Assembly (NCBI GenBank): GCA_054600435.1
Contig: BAAIJX010000060.1
Coordinates: 62,001-126,000 of the forward strand
DNA length: 64,000 nt
Direction: 5' to 3'
From: Neophaeotheca triangularis
Lineage: Eukaryota
This document shows, piece after piece, positions 1 to 10,927 of the stretch. Position numbers and translations under genes: made by a program. The notes below the pieces were generated by a model, which was not told the DNA's origin, did no database searches, and saw nothing but the letters and a program-made list of their open reading frames with translations. Each line of letters begins with the position of its first letter. Position 1 is the stretch's first letter.

Positions 1-188
1 AGACCGATCTCGCTCATCCGCGTTGCCGTGTCGATCAGCAGCTCTTCGGAGACGTCGCAGCCAAATGCGTTCCAGTTGTTCCAGCCCAGGGGGGGCGCCA
101 CGGCTTTGGCATTGTGCATCAAAACGGCGCTGGTCATGGGAGCGAGGAGCAAGAGGCTTGCGCCTAGGGTTGAGAGGGGGCTAGACAT
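1..188 (-). CDS. Secreted alpha-galactosidase (GH27), 5' part only; runs off the window start
   Basis: Manual translation from ATG 188 (not in the ORF track): MSSPLSTLGASLLLLAPMTSAVLMHNAKAVAPPLGWNNWNAFGCDVSEELLIDTATRMSEIGL. This is a signal peptide followed by the GH27 N-terminal signature P-x-GW-N-x-WN-x-F-x-C. Confidence 0.9.
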   Translation of the reverse strand, partial: MSSPLSTLGASLLLLAPMTSAVLMHNAKAVAPPLGWNNWNAFGCDVSEELLIDTATRMSEIG

Positions 189-1379
189 TTTGGGTCGAGT
201 AATGTCAAGGTACTGTAAGGTATTGGAGAGATTGTCGACAATCGAGTCAAGACTCAAGTATGTAGTAGCTGGCTGCTTGCACTTTATATGTCTGCATCCA
301 TCACTCTGCCGACTTAGTTATATACCTTGATCTTATTGCTGTTGGAGGTTAATGTTCCCCACCACTTCCATCGCATAACCCCATGCGGCAGGCATGCGTC
401 GGGATCCCTTTCCCTTTGGCCGATCACCCCCGCCTTGGGACGTAGAGAAGTCGGGTAGTTTTGTCACCTCCAAAGTTTTGACGATGCCCTGTTCGACGGC
501 AAGCCGCCGGCAATAATGTGAGACTGAACTGTGTCGAGCTCCTCCACTGCTCACCCGACTTACAGTGGGGAAATGTGAAGTCGTAGAGCGGGGTTAGAGT
601 CACCACTAGCTAGTACCTCCTACTACCTACTATACTAGTAACTACTCTTGACTACTGCACACTGCAAGCACGGCAAGTGGAGGGAGTCGCCCGAGATGCA
701 GTCACTCTTATCCTCCCCCGCCCCGTGGAGTCTGGACCGACGTCAAGCAGTGGTCAAGCAACAAGCACCACCACTACATACTTCGGTCCGACGCTTCATG
801 AATGTACCTTGTCTGATTGAAGCTAGGTAAGGTAGCTTTCGATAAGTTAGATTCAGGCCGAGGGAAACCTGATCTCATAGACTGCTTCTAAAAGTCCTAA
901 CAGGCACTTCGGCGATACTCTCGGCGTAAATACCCGTCTCTCTCCATTGTAAATGTGATCCATTTCTCTCTCTTTCTCCATTCCTCTGCAGTGTCAGGCT
1001 CGTGGGCGTCGATGTTGGAGTTGCCAATTATTTCCATAAGCGACCGCGGCACTGCATTGGGGCCGACCTTCTTTCTGCGAGACCAGGGTCCACCCCGATC
1101 ACGTACACAAAATGCGAGGTGAATTGTGTTGAAAGCGGCCGAGAGTTTGCTCGGATTGCCTTTTTGATGCGTCCTTGCTCGGCGGCCATTTCTCAATATC
1201 CCCCCCCCCCCCCCCCTCACCATCGTAACGTCGTTCCATCGCATCGCCAGCGGGCGCGGTTTGCACAGTCCTTTCGAATTCCACCCCTCGTCTCTCCAGC
1301 GCATCGACCAAAGCCAAACGGGGCATCCCCATTAAACATCCAATCGTCCATTCACACCACTCCCTCCGCCTGTTCGCAT

Positions 1380-2678
1380 TCACCCCCCTTCCCCAAACAT
1401 ATGCTTAAACTTCTCAATCTTCGTACTCAGATATCTCTCCACTTCGGGTCCCCTAACCCCCTTCTCACCCCCACTCGTCCAAGCAATCGGGACCATGGGT
1501 ACGCGTTCAACAACCCTCACCTCCCTACCCGGGCCCTCCACAGCCCGCACCTTCTCGGGATTATTCGTCAACAACCTAATCCCCCTCTCACCTCCCAACC
1601 CCAAATCCAAAAGCATCGCAGTCGCCAAACCATAAGATCGCGCGTCGCCAGGGTGTCGGAGGAGGATGTTCGCTTCCATGGTGTCGTGGCCCAGGTCTTG
1701 GAGGTTGTAAGCTTTGAGCTTGCTCAACAGGCCAATACCCCTGCCCTCTTGGCGTAGATAGACTATCACACCCCCGCACGGCGGCAATTTCGTCTTGGAG
1801 ACGTCGAAACGGTGTTCATGCGCTCCTTCTCCCCCGCCCTCACTCCCCGGGGTCGAAACCGGCGTCGGCGCGGGCAGAGACATCAGTCTCGCCGCCTCGT
1901 CGAGCTGCTCCCCACAATCGCATCGCGCAGACCACACGGTCTCGCCGGTGTAGCACTCGGAATGGATCCGCACCATGGGCGGGCCGAGCTCGGCCGGATA
2001 CCCCTGTTCCTCGCCCACAATCTCCTCGTCACCCCCAAAACCCACATTTCCTCCACCAGACACACTCCCACTGCCCACACCAGCATCACGCCTCAACTCC
2101 CCCACTCTGCCAACCCCCTTACTGCTCACCCTCCCCGGATAGAGCGTCCCCGTGTAAGCGCCCCTCAACATGCGATCATACTCGCTCTCCCCCTGACGCG
2201 GCGCATCGAGACTGCGACTACGGATGTGCGGTCCAAAGACTATGGCCAAGTGCTCTTTCTCGTCGGCGTCGTTGTGGTAGAGGTGTAGAAACATTTCCTG
2301 GCCGGTGGTCGTCGGGATGCGGGCGCGCACTTCGCAGTGGACGTTTGGTAAGCGTTCGAGGAGCTGCGGGGGGAGGGCTTCGTCGCTTGTGGTTGGAGGG
2401 GGTGGGATGGGGATGCTGTGGGGTTGGCGGAGGGGTTTGGGTTGCGAGGGTGAGGTTTCCGAGGTTGTGGTCGGGGTGAAGGGGGTTTGCGGGGGCGTGA
2501 AAGCTGGAGAGACGAGGGGAGGGGGTGCGCTTCCTCCTGTTTGTGTTTGGGGGTCCGAGGCGGTCTTGCCGTTGGCGGCGCTGAGGTTGAGGTCGGAGAT
2601 TCCACGGTCTCGGTATTGAGGGCGTGGGGAGGCTATGGCGGGGAAGGCCGGCGAGGCGTGGGATGGAAAGTCCGGCAT
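1380..2678 (-). CDS. RIB1: GTP cyclohydrolase II (riboflavin biosynthesis)
   Basis: 432-aa single ORF with the motifs [11 protein letters not shown]...[44 protein letters not shown] and [11 protein letters not shown]. Confidence 0.95.
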   Translation of the reverse strand: MPDFPSHASPAFPAIASPRPQYRDRGISDLNLSAANGKTASDPQTQTGGSAPPPLVSPAFTPPQTPFTPTTTSETSPSQPKPLRQPHSIPIPPPPTTSDEALPPQLLERLPNVHCEVRARIPTTTGQEMFLHLYHNDADEKEHLAIVFGPHIRSRSLDAPRQGESEYDRMLRGAYTGTLYPGRVSSKGVGRVGELRRDAGVGSGSVSGGGNVGFGGDEEIVGEEQGYPAELGPPMVRIHSECYTGETVWSARCDCGEQLDEAARLMSLPAPTPVSTPGSEGGGEGAHEHRFDVSKTKLPPCGGVIVYLRQEGRGIGLLSKLKAYNLQDLGHDTMEANILLRHPGDARSYGLATAMLLDLGLGGERGIRLLTNNPEKVRAVEGPGREVRVVERVPMVPIAWTSGGEKGVRGPEVERYLSTKIEKFKHMFGEGG

Positions 2679-3644
2679 TGTGGGTGTGTGGGTGTGGGTA
2701 TGAGTGGCATGTACGATTTATAACTAGACGGAAGGAGAAGGGAGGAGGCTGTGGGAGGGGAGACGTAGGCGGAGGGCTTGAGATATGGAGAGATAGGATA
2801 TGCTGACTGATAGGGTAGTAGAGTGTGAATGAGGACTGCCCAGGCCACTCGTCTATTAGTAACTTCCAAACGGTCGTCCTGGATCCGAAATGCGGCATTC
2901 GAAAGCCGAGGTCGGATGCCGGATTAGGGGGCAGTAGAAAGTCGCCCAGCATTTGACCCTCGCCGAATCAGCTCTTGTCCAATGATCGATGAGCTTACTT
3001 AATGGGGGTAATAATTTAATTATCTTGCTGCTGATTCATACCAAATGCTACAATTTGCCGAGAGTATGTTTGACCAGTTTCGCCCTTGCTAACCTCAACC
3101 GAGCAAATGCTGAGCAACCTGCTAAGCAGCCGTTGCTGATGTACCCTATTGCGTGCGAAATCGCCGACATAGCGAACGTCTATTGAGGTTGCCTCGACAC
3201 GACACTAAGACCCAAGGTACGCTCTCGACTTCCGCCTGGTCTTGTCATTTTCATCCACCGTACGTACATCTTACCTAGTACCGAATGTTGGCATGGTTGC
3301 GGTAAACTCTGCACGTATCGGCACTTCGTGTCCACCTAGGTCAAGATCGTTTCCACCTAGGCAAAGATCCATCAGACGAGGAACAAGGATCCAGAGGCCA
3401 ATGTATCGCCTTTTGAGAAACCAAGCCTGTACAAAGCATCTCCCTACCGACTATGTAGACCAACAAACAGGTAGCCTCTACCATCATCACAGACATCTAG
3501 CCTAATAATGTGAGAAAAGGTTATACCCCAAAAGTCTCCTCAACGCCAAGCATCCAATGCCATACCAACGGTGCAGTATAATCGCGCTCGTTCAAAACCA
3601 CCACCGCCTTTCCAAATGAACTGAACCCCCCTCACACTCCTGTT

Positions 3645-5400
3645 CTAGACTTCGTCGACATCGCTCTCCTCAATCTCCTCCCCAGCCGCGGCATGTTTCC
3701 TCCTCTCCTCGTCCATCTCGCGGTAAGTAGCCCAGCTCAAAAGCAAAAACGCACCAATGATCAAACACCCACCCGCAATAGCGGCGAGCGATAGACTGTT
3801 GTGCATAGGCGGCGGGAGGAGCTCATCGGTCAGCGCAACGAGGAAAATCGTCAACAGAGCCGCGACGCTCGACAGCACGGGAGAAGTCAAACTGATTAGC
3901 ACCAAGAAGCTGCCGCTGAAAGTCGCGTTTGCAACAACAGAAATGGCCAACATCCATGCCGCTTCACCGCGCGGTAGCTCAAAAGTCTCGATGCCGGTGA
4001 TGTGGAGGATGGGAAGCGGGATCCAGAGAACGGTCAAGGTGAAGAGGCCGATCAAGCTACCGAAAGTGTTGGCGAAGATGGTGCCCCTGCCCGGCGAACA
4101 GCCTTCAGGTGGACATGCGATGCGCTTGTAGAGCACTTCGTAGAAGCCGTAGAGGACGGAGCCGATGCCAATGACGATGTTGCCTAGAGCGCGGTTGCTC
4201 GCCTCGTCATCATCTGGGGCGTCGGGTCCGCCTGCGCCGCCGCCGGACTTGGAGCCGTGTTTGGCTGTCGTGTCCGAGTCGCCGTAGGCTACTACCAACA
4301 CACCTGCTATGGCTATTGCGACTGCGACGACTTTGGAGAGGCGGAGCTTTTCATGAAGCAAAGGGATTGCGAAGGCGTAGGCGAAAAAGGCGCTGCAGTT
4401 GTAGATGGCCGTCAAGTCAGAGGCGGTTGTCAAATCGACTGCGACGTACCAGGAGCCACCCGCGACGGTCAGCGCGCATGTGACGAGAGCCGTCGTCTTG
4501 ATCATGAATAGAATGGGGGATGTCTTCTGGTGTTGGTGAGGGACATTCAGGGTGCGGTATTGGATCATCTGCGCAGTCTGGCGTAGGACAGCAACGTGAT
4601 GGCGCCAGAACGCTCCCCATGGCTGTTTGAACTTTTGTAGTCTTAGTAGCAAAAGCTGGGTTGGCCAAAGAATGGCCCAAGATCCGTGGGTGAAGTACCT
4701 GTGTGGTTTCGTGTCAGCCGCTCGTTCTTCCACCAGCAAGTAAAGCCTGCCTGATGACTATGCGAACCTACAGCATGCAATACGCTTTTTTCCAGCCTAG
4801 ATTGTGTTGGATGTAGACGGCCGTCTCCGTCTGAATTGTAAAGCTCACCAAGCTCAGCAACAAGAACGCCGCGGCATAAGTATACCTTTTGCGTGTGTTT
4901 GCTTGCGCGCTGTCTTGGGGATCCCTTTGGCTAAAGTTGGATCTCCGAGTCCGCAAAGGCCTCGATGGGCTTTCGTAGTCGGCATGCTTATCGTTTCCGT
5001 CTAACAAGGGCTGCGCATATGAGCGAGGACTCGCAGGTCTGTGGAAGGAAGGGCGCAAATCAGACGGCATGTTGGTGGAATTACGCTCATCCGAGTTGTT
5101 CGAATTCCAATTGTCCAAATCCCAACCGTCTTCCTCGTCGTCCTGAACTGCCTTGTTGCTCGGTTTGCCCTTCTCAGATTCCCTGTAATCCTCGAGCTTA
5201 GCAAAAGGACCCGGTGCTGGACTGGTCACTCTTGAATTGTCTTTGCTGATGTGTTCAAAGTCGGAGTTTGAGCCCCCTTGGGTGTTGTTGCTTTCGGTTT
5301 CGGCGTCGTGTGAGTGTTCCGGGGGAAGGAGGGAGTGATGAGATTGGGGGTCCCCAGGGGGAGAGGCGGAGGACTTGTTATGGGTGTTCGTCGTAGGCAT
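3645..5400 (-). CDS. DMT/EamA-type membrane transporter (THI74/SLC35F-like), 2 exons
   Basis: Intron 4699-4771 (GTAGGT..GCTGAC..CAG) joins KKAYCML to YFTHGSW. About 10 hydrophobic segments, with DLTAIYNCSAFFAY and LHEKL..SKVVAV motifs. The start at ATG 5400 (MPTTN) is inferred. Confidence 0.85.
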
Positions 5401-6114
5401 ACATGCGGTGCGGTCTGCAGTGGGAGGTGGAGTGACAAGTGCCTTGGGGCCTGAGCGTATGCACACTTGTCTTAGCGAGCGTGGGTATGCGAGGGAGGAG
5501 CGGGACTACTAGTAGCTTGCGAGGCTGCTGCGAGATAGGATAGGCAAGGTAACGAAAGGACCTGTAGGCTGTGATTTAGGGATGTTGATAAGCAATTGAT
5601 TAGGGGGAAGAAGGCAGTCGTAAGTGGGTAGAATAAGTAGGGTGAACTAGGTAGCAAGTAGAGTAGATGGGTACAGTAGAGTGGTGAAGTTGTTTGGTGT
5701 GGGTGTGGGTGTTTGGACGGCTAGGAGGTATGTTTCGGGACATGTGCTTAAGGGGACGTTACGTAGCCGGATAGCAGAGTCAAGACGTCAAGCCGGCTAC
5801 CGAAGCTGAAGTCATGCACGCCTTGGTCTCTTCACCTCCACCGTCTTGGGGCTGGGGCTGGGGCTGGGCATGCCAACTACATACAGTACATGCTCGTGTC
5901 GTGTGTACCTTATCACAAAAGCACTACAACAAACACATGGCGACAAGGATATAAGGTACTTGTAGGTAGAAGCCAGCAATAGCGTCACCGTGAGGGGCTC
6001 AGGTGTCCGATTGCGGAAGGTAAGGTACCCAAGGTAGGTAAGGTCTACAAATACGACCAAAAGCTCCAAGTCCTTCACAACCAAATCACAGCATCCACCG
6101 CTCCTTCACCAACT

Positions 6115-6162
6115 ACCACCACCACCACCACCACCACCACCACCACCACCATCACCACCACC
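6115..6162 (+). repeat. (CCA)n microsatellite in the 5' leader of the AKR gene
   Basis: About 15 CCA/CAC units with one interruption, directly upstream of ATG 6173. Confidence 0.9.
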
Positions 6163-6172
6163 CTCACTCAAC

Positions 6173-7219
6173 ATGCCTCTCATCACAGGCACCGGCAAGC
6201 CCAGAGTCATCCTGGGAACCATGACAATGGGCCCGGATCCTTCAGCCGGCGCCCGCATCACCTCCCTCGAAGCCTACAACTCCATCCTCGACTACTTCCA
6301 ACGCCAAGGTTACAATGAAATCGACACCGCCCGCGTCTACGTAGGAGGCAAGCAAGAAGCTTGGACCCGCGACGCCAAATGGAAAGAGCGAGGCCTCACT
6401 TGCGCGACCAAATGGTACCCGAACGAAAAACACGCCCACTCCGCCGAGGAGCTGGAAAAACAGCTCAACACATCGCTGGCCGAGTTGGGCACAGACTGCG
6501 TGGACATTTTCTACTTGCACGCCGCAGACCGCTCGCTACCATTCCAAGTTCCGCTCGCCCAACTCGACAAGATGCACAAGCAGGGCAAATTCGTCCAGCT
6601 CGGTCTCTCAAACTTCACAGCCTTCGAAGTCGCAGAAGTGGTGATGCACTGCAAATACAACAACTGGGTGCGGCCCACCATCTACCAAGGAATGTACAAC
6701 GCGATAACGCGCTCGCTCGAGCACGAACTAATCCCCGTCTGCCGCCGCTACGGCCTCGACGTCGTCGTCTACAACCCCCTCGCCGGCGGTATCTTCTCGG
6801 GTAAATACAAAACCGCCGACGTCCCGCAAGAAGGCCGCTACAGCGACGCCGTCGGCCGCATGGGCTCCATGTACCGCCAGCGCTACTTCAAGTCCGAGAC
6901 TTTCGAAGCTTTGCGCATCATCGAGCCCGTGGTGCAGAAGCACAATCTCACGCTGTTGGAAACGGCGTTGCGGTGGTGCACGCATCACTCGGCTCTCAAT
7001 ATCAAGGACGGCGGCAACGATGGCGTCATCATTGGGATTAGCAGCCAGCAGCAGTTGGAAGCGAATTTGCAGGATTTGGAGAAGGGGCCGTTGCCCCAGG
7101 AGGTTGTGGAGGCTTTGGATGAGGCTTGGTTGGTTGCCAAGGCTACGACGCCCAATTATTGGCATTTGGATCTCGCGTATGGGTATGATACTAGAGACGC
7201 GTTGGGGCTGGACAAGTAG
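6173..7219 (+). CDS. Aldo-keto reductase, aflatoxin B1 aldehyde reductase (AKR7)-like
   Basis: 348-aa ORF with LGTMT, EIDTARVY, ATK, DIFYLHAAD, LGLSNF, PTIYQGMYN and YNPLAGG motifs. Confidence 0.93.
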   Translation: MPLITGTGKPRVILGTMTMGPDPSAGARITSLEAYNSILDYFQRQGYNEIDTARVYVGGKQEAWTRDAKWKERGLTCATKWYPNEKHAHSAEELEKQLNTSLAELGTDCVDIFYLHAADRSLPFQVPLAQLDKMHKQGKFVQLGLSNFTAFEVAEVVMHCKYNNWVRPTIYQGMYNAITRSLEHELIPVCRRYGLDVVVYNPLAGGIFSGKYKTADVPQEGRYSDAVGRMGSMYRQRYFKSETFEALRIIEPVVQKHNLTLLETALRWCTHHSALNIKDGGNDGVIIGISSQQQLEANLQDLEKGPLPQEVVEALDEAWLVAKATTPNYWHLDLAYGYDTRDALGLDK

Positions 7220-8623
7220 GTTTGCATCGAATTGCGAGGGCAACAGAGAAAAGTTGTGACGCCCGATTTCTGGCTGAGCTCATGGTAAAGATTGATGGCT
7301 TTGCTTGTTTACGACTGATAGAAACGATACATGTGTTCCTCAGAACTAGCTCAGCATTTGATCGTCGAGAGTGTCGCGTGCTTCATCCATTACAAGTACC
7401 ATCCCCCAGAACCAGTACCGCAGAGCTGCCGACCTTCACTTACTACGAAAAAGTGGGGAAGAGGGGAGCTTTTGGGCGCAGCTCGAAGATACAAGAAGCA
7501 GCTTGCCCGGCTCGTCGAGCTCTCTAGCTTTGTATGCCCTTTCTCTCTCAAAAGGTGTAGTACAATCCCCCAAGCCGTGGTATGTGGTATCGTACATAGC
7601 ATCTACACGTCCAAAACAAGCCTCCCCAGTAACCGAAAGCGATCACACATCCTCAGGCCCACGGTCGAAAGAGAAGCAAACGAACAGACGAAGCCAAACC
7701 AACCCCAGTCCTAAGCCTCCTCTCTTATGCCCCCTCTCCCTATTCATATTCATAAACTCCACGCAACGAAAATCGAACACCACACCCCCAACGTCCGCCA
7801 TCCCGCAGCTCATTTCCGTCAGCCCCCTCTCACGAAGTTGCTCTCCGGCGCTCGGCTCATCTTTGCCCCGATCGCATCGAGACTCCGCGCTTAGAGCTCT
7901 CACACGCTTTCGAAGCGCAGGGGATTCGAGACCCGGTGGAGCCGTGGCAGTGGTGGCGAGGATGGCCAGACGTGGAAGGAGGTCGAGGTGTGCGTGTGTT
8001 TGGAATGGTGGGCTGCTGTAGGCTTCGAGACTAGTCGAAGGCGCGGAAGAGTGTGTTAGGTGGAACTGTGAGGTAGAATGGCTGCTTGATCGACCGTGAG
8101 AGCTGCAACGGGTCAGAGGGTACGGGATTGAATGGAGTGGGCGCTGGTCCATTGTTCAGACATAGGGAAGTTGAGGTAGCGAGAGTTGAGGAAACATAAA
8201 GGAGACCGTGATGTGAGCTGGTGGAGTGCACGTTTAGGAGCCAGATCCGTCGCCTCGAAGCCTGAGACGCAATCATCCCTGCCCCGAAGCGTTCGGCCGG
8301 TGCCAAGTTGTCGGTCGTCGGAGTTCAGTCCTGCGCAGTACGAGATGCCGGACGCGAAAATCTGCGCGTAAGTACGCAATGAACAGCTCGTGTGGCCCTT
8401 GTTGGGTCGAAGTCTTTGAGGCGAGCTAGCGGGCGGCAAGGTGTCGTTCTTTTGGCTTTTTTGGGTTGTCCATGAATGTTGTATAATGAGATTGGCGGTA
8501 GGAAACATGATTCGAATGGTGGCGGCGCAGACGGAAACGACAGGGGGTATATATCTCGCCACTAGAATATCAAAGAATGAAAGTCCGAGAGAAAGTGAAG
8601 GGCGGTCCCAAAGCACAAGAAAG

Positions 8624-10396
8624 TCAGAGAACGAACTCGTCATCCGACTCAGGCAGTTTGGGTCTCGAAGGCTGACGCCGATGGAGGTTGGAACGCTCGA
8701 CCGAGGCACCAATATCAACATTGGGAGCTCTTGTCCCCATGAGTCGATGCTCTACGACCGCAGGCGCAAAAGGTTGGGCTTGAGGATCCAGTGCGCCGCC
8801 GTTGAAGCGCTCGTTGAAGGTCGTTTCGCGGCTGCTGGGTCCGGTGGAGGGGAGCGAGAAGGTTGTGTTGCGATAAGCTTGTGTCATCGCGGCTTGCTGG
8901 AAATCCCAAGCTCCGGCCCATCCGTCCGGAACATCTGATTCGGCAAGGACATAGTTTCCGTCTTGCCAATTGTCCGGTTCATGGGGAAGGGAGTCGTTGA
9001 AACTACCGGTGAATGCGGTCGTTGCTGCTGGGTCGACATCTAAAAGAGGGTCCAAAGGAGCACCAAACAGCCCATGGCCTGATCCGCTTGTCGCGAATGA
9101 GAAGCAATTCGTCCCTGTCGAGTAGCGCTCCTCGCTCTGCTGCTCACCCGTCGTTGAACTGGTAGCGGCTGAGAAGCCAATCGCGTGCTGTTGCGAACCG
9201 TGCGCGCTCCAAGGTTGTTGCCAAGATTGACAAACGGTGTCTGGCTCGCTGATAGAAGCCTGCAGGAAGAACGGATCTGGCAGGTTTGAGTCGAGACTGA
9301 AAACGGAAGACTGAGGCATGCCGGCCCCCGGGGGCTGGGGGGCAATAAGCGAGTGGGAAAGCATGCGGACTTGTTCGTCACTTTGATACTCCAAAACGTC
9401 GATTTCTCGCTTGATTGCGTCGAGGCCCAACGAACGAATGCGCTGCTGGGAATTTCCATAGGGAACGATCCAACTCATCGTGGGCTCTAGACTGCGATAT
9501 TCCCACAGGGTTTGGAGCTTGATCTTGTCATCCCAGTTCGCGATGTCATGACCTTGCGACCAGTGTTTCTTGTGCAGGTGCGATCCAAAGTCTTTGTTCG
9601 ACTTACACCAGAACCCACAGATGCCGCAGGCGAGCGTTTTTCTTGCTTGAACAGGCCGTCTAGCACTATTGCTGTGAATGCAAGTGTCGCTTAATCTATC
9701 TCTGCAGCAACCATGCTTGTTCTTGTGGTGCTGGGCGAAGCGGTTAGCCCGCTTGAACGGATCATGGTGGCATTGTGGATCGGGACAGAGCCATTGTTGA
9801 TGCTGGTTGCAGCTTTCGTTCAAATGTCGGACCAGGTCTCTTGTGTGTACGAAGGGCTGCCAGCAGACAGGACAAAGGTCCGGGCTACTGCGGCGTCGTT
9901 TCTTGCACTTTGCACGTTGCGACGAGGCTAAGGATGAGATCGATTGTGTTATCAACGAGGTCTGACTTTCTGCAGGCGAGCCTGAAGCCTCAACTCTGTC
10001 TGGAGGTTGTGCATAAGGTCGCCGCCACTGCCCGTTGTCTCCGTGTCGGGATCTGGTCGGTTGTGCAGGTCCATTCGGCCGCTCAAGCCGCTGCCCGGCT
10101 GTTGAAGAGCCAGCAATGGGCCGACGAACTTGTGAAGGAGTGACACTATCTCTTTGATAAGCCGCTATATCGAGCGTTTCCGCTTTGTCGCGCCCTTGAG
10201 AGCTTGGGATCGAATGTGGTAGAGGCGGAGGGTGTGTATAACTTTCGTTTTGGATCGGGATGAACTGTTTGTTTCGCTGCACACGGCGCTTTGCCTGTCG
10301 ATAAGCGTTAAGCACGCACTGCTCATCTTCGGTCGCGGGGTATGCCTCTGCAATGTGATCGAAAGCGGCGATCAGATGAGTAGGAAGCTCTGCCAT
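8624..10396 (-). CDS. Zinc-finger protein (C2HC plus C2H2 fingers), putative transcription factor, paralog A
   Basis: 590-aa intronless ORF with CPVC..HLNESC, CPDPQC..HHKNKH and CGICG..HLHKKH. A basic KCKKRRR stretch precedes the fingers. Confidence 0.8.
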   Translation of the reverse strand: MAELPTHLIAAFDHIAEAYPATEDEQCVLNAYRQAKRRVQRNKQFIPIQNESYTHPPPLPHSIPSSQGRDKAETLDIAAYQRDSVTPSQVRRPIAGSSTAGQRLERPNGPAQPTRSRHGDNGQWRRPYAQPPDRVEASGSPAESQTSLITQSISSLASSQRAKCKKRRRSSPDLCPVCWQPFVHTRDLVRHLNESCNQHQQWLCPDPQCHHDPFKRANRFAQHHKNKHGCCRDRLSDTCIHSNSARRPVQARKTLACGICGFWCKSNKDFGSHLHKKHWSQGHDIANWDDKIKLQTLWEYRSLEPTMSWIVPYGNSQQRIRSLGLDAIKREIDVLEYQSDEQVRMLSHSLIAPQPPGAGMPQSSVFSLDSNLPDPFFLQASISEPDTVCQSWQQPWSAHGSQQHAIGFSAATSSTTGEQQSEERYSTGTNCFSFATSGSGHGLFGAPLDPLLDVDPAATTAFTGSFNDSLPHEPDNWQDGNYVLAESDVPDGWAGAWDFQQAAMTQAYRNTTFSLPSTGPSSRETTFNERFNGGALDPQAQPFAPAVVEHRLMGTRAPNVDIGASVERSNLHRRQPSRPKLPESDDEFVL

Positions 10397-10664
10397 ACTA
10401 GCGCTAATTATGCTTGTGGACGGTCGGACACGGGTAGGTACGAGAGCTGTTGATATAGTGCGCTCCTTTGTCGCGCAGCAGGCATTGCTGCTGTCCTCAC
10501 GGGATGGTGATGTCTCCGCCAGCGGGCGAAAGCAAGAAGGTCAGAGCCTTGCGAAGCGTCAGCGTCTACTCTATGGAATCAGGGACTTCGTTGGCATCGT
10601 GCTATCCGTACCTTCTTCTGAATGGGCAAGAGCACTGGCAAGTTAGACTTGTCAAGCGACAAAG

Positions 10665-10927
10665 GATGAGGAAAACGAGACGATACACCTCGACGTCGAG
10701 TGGATGTTGAATTGTGGCACAATATTGTCTTCTTGTTAGCAAAGCGAGGCTATGGTACAGCTTTAATTGCGCGATTTGGTTGTGCCAATTCGCTCGAAAG
10801 GATGAGGAAAGCGAGACGATACACCTCGACGTCGAGTGGATGTTGAAAATATTGCCTTCTCGTTAGCAAAGCGAGGCTATGGTACAGCTTTATTTGCGCG
10901 ATTTGGTTGTGGCGGTTCGCTCGAAAG
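10665..10927. repeat. Tandem duplication of two units (136 and 127 bp) upstream of zinc-finger paralog A
   Basis: Units 10665-10800 and 10801-10927 both read GATGAGGAAA.CGAGACGATACACCTCGACGTCGAGTGGATGTTGAA...TTAGCAAAGCGAGGCTATGGTACAGCTTTA.TTGCGCGATTTGGTTGTG...TTCGCTCGAAAG. They differ by a 9-bp indel and a few substitutions. Confidence 0.97.

Noticed and set aside
2680..2705. TG1-3-like tracts (TGGGTGTGTGGGTGTGGG, also at about 5696-5712) resembling budding-yeast telomere repeats
   Set aside because: They are short and are simply the complement of C/A-rich 5' leaders of minus-strand genes.
1002..2952. Long overlapping ORFs antisense or frame-shifted to RIB1, and similar ones over the AKR, SFA1, amine oxidase and saponin hydrolase genes
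   Set aside because: Shadow ORFs caused by GC-rich, skewed codon usage; no recognisable motifs.
5400..6100. TPP riboswitch near the THI74-like transporter or the NCS1 permease
   Set aside because: No CTGAGA plus GATC..GATAAT(A/G)C..GCG aptamer core found on either strand.
10665..10927. CRISPR-like interpretation of the repeat
   Set aside because: Only two long contiguous units, no spacers, no cas genes, eukaryotic context.
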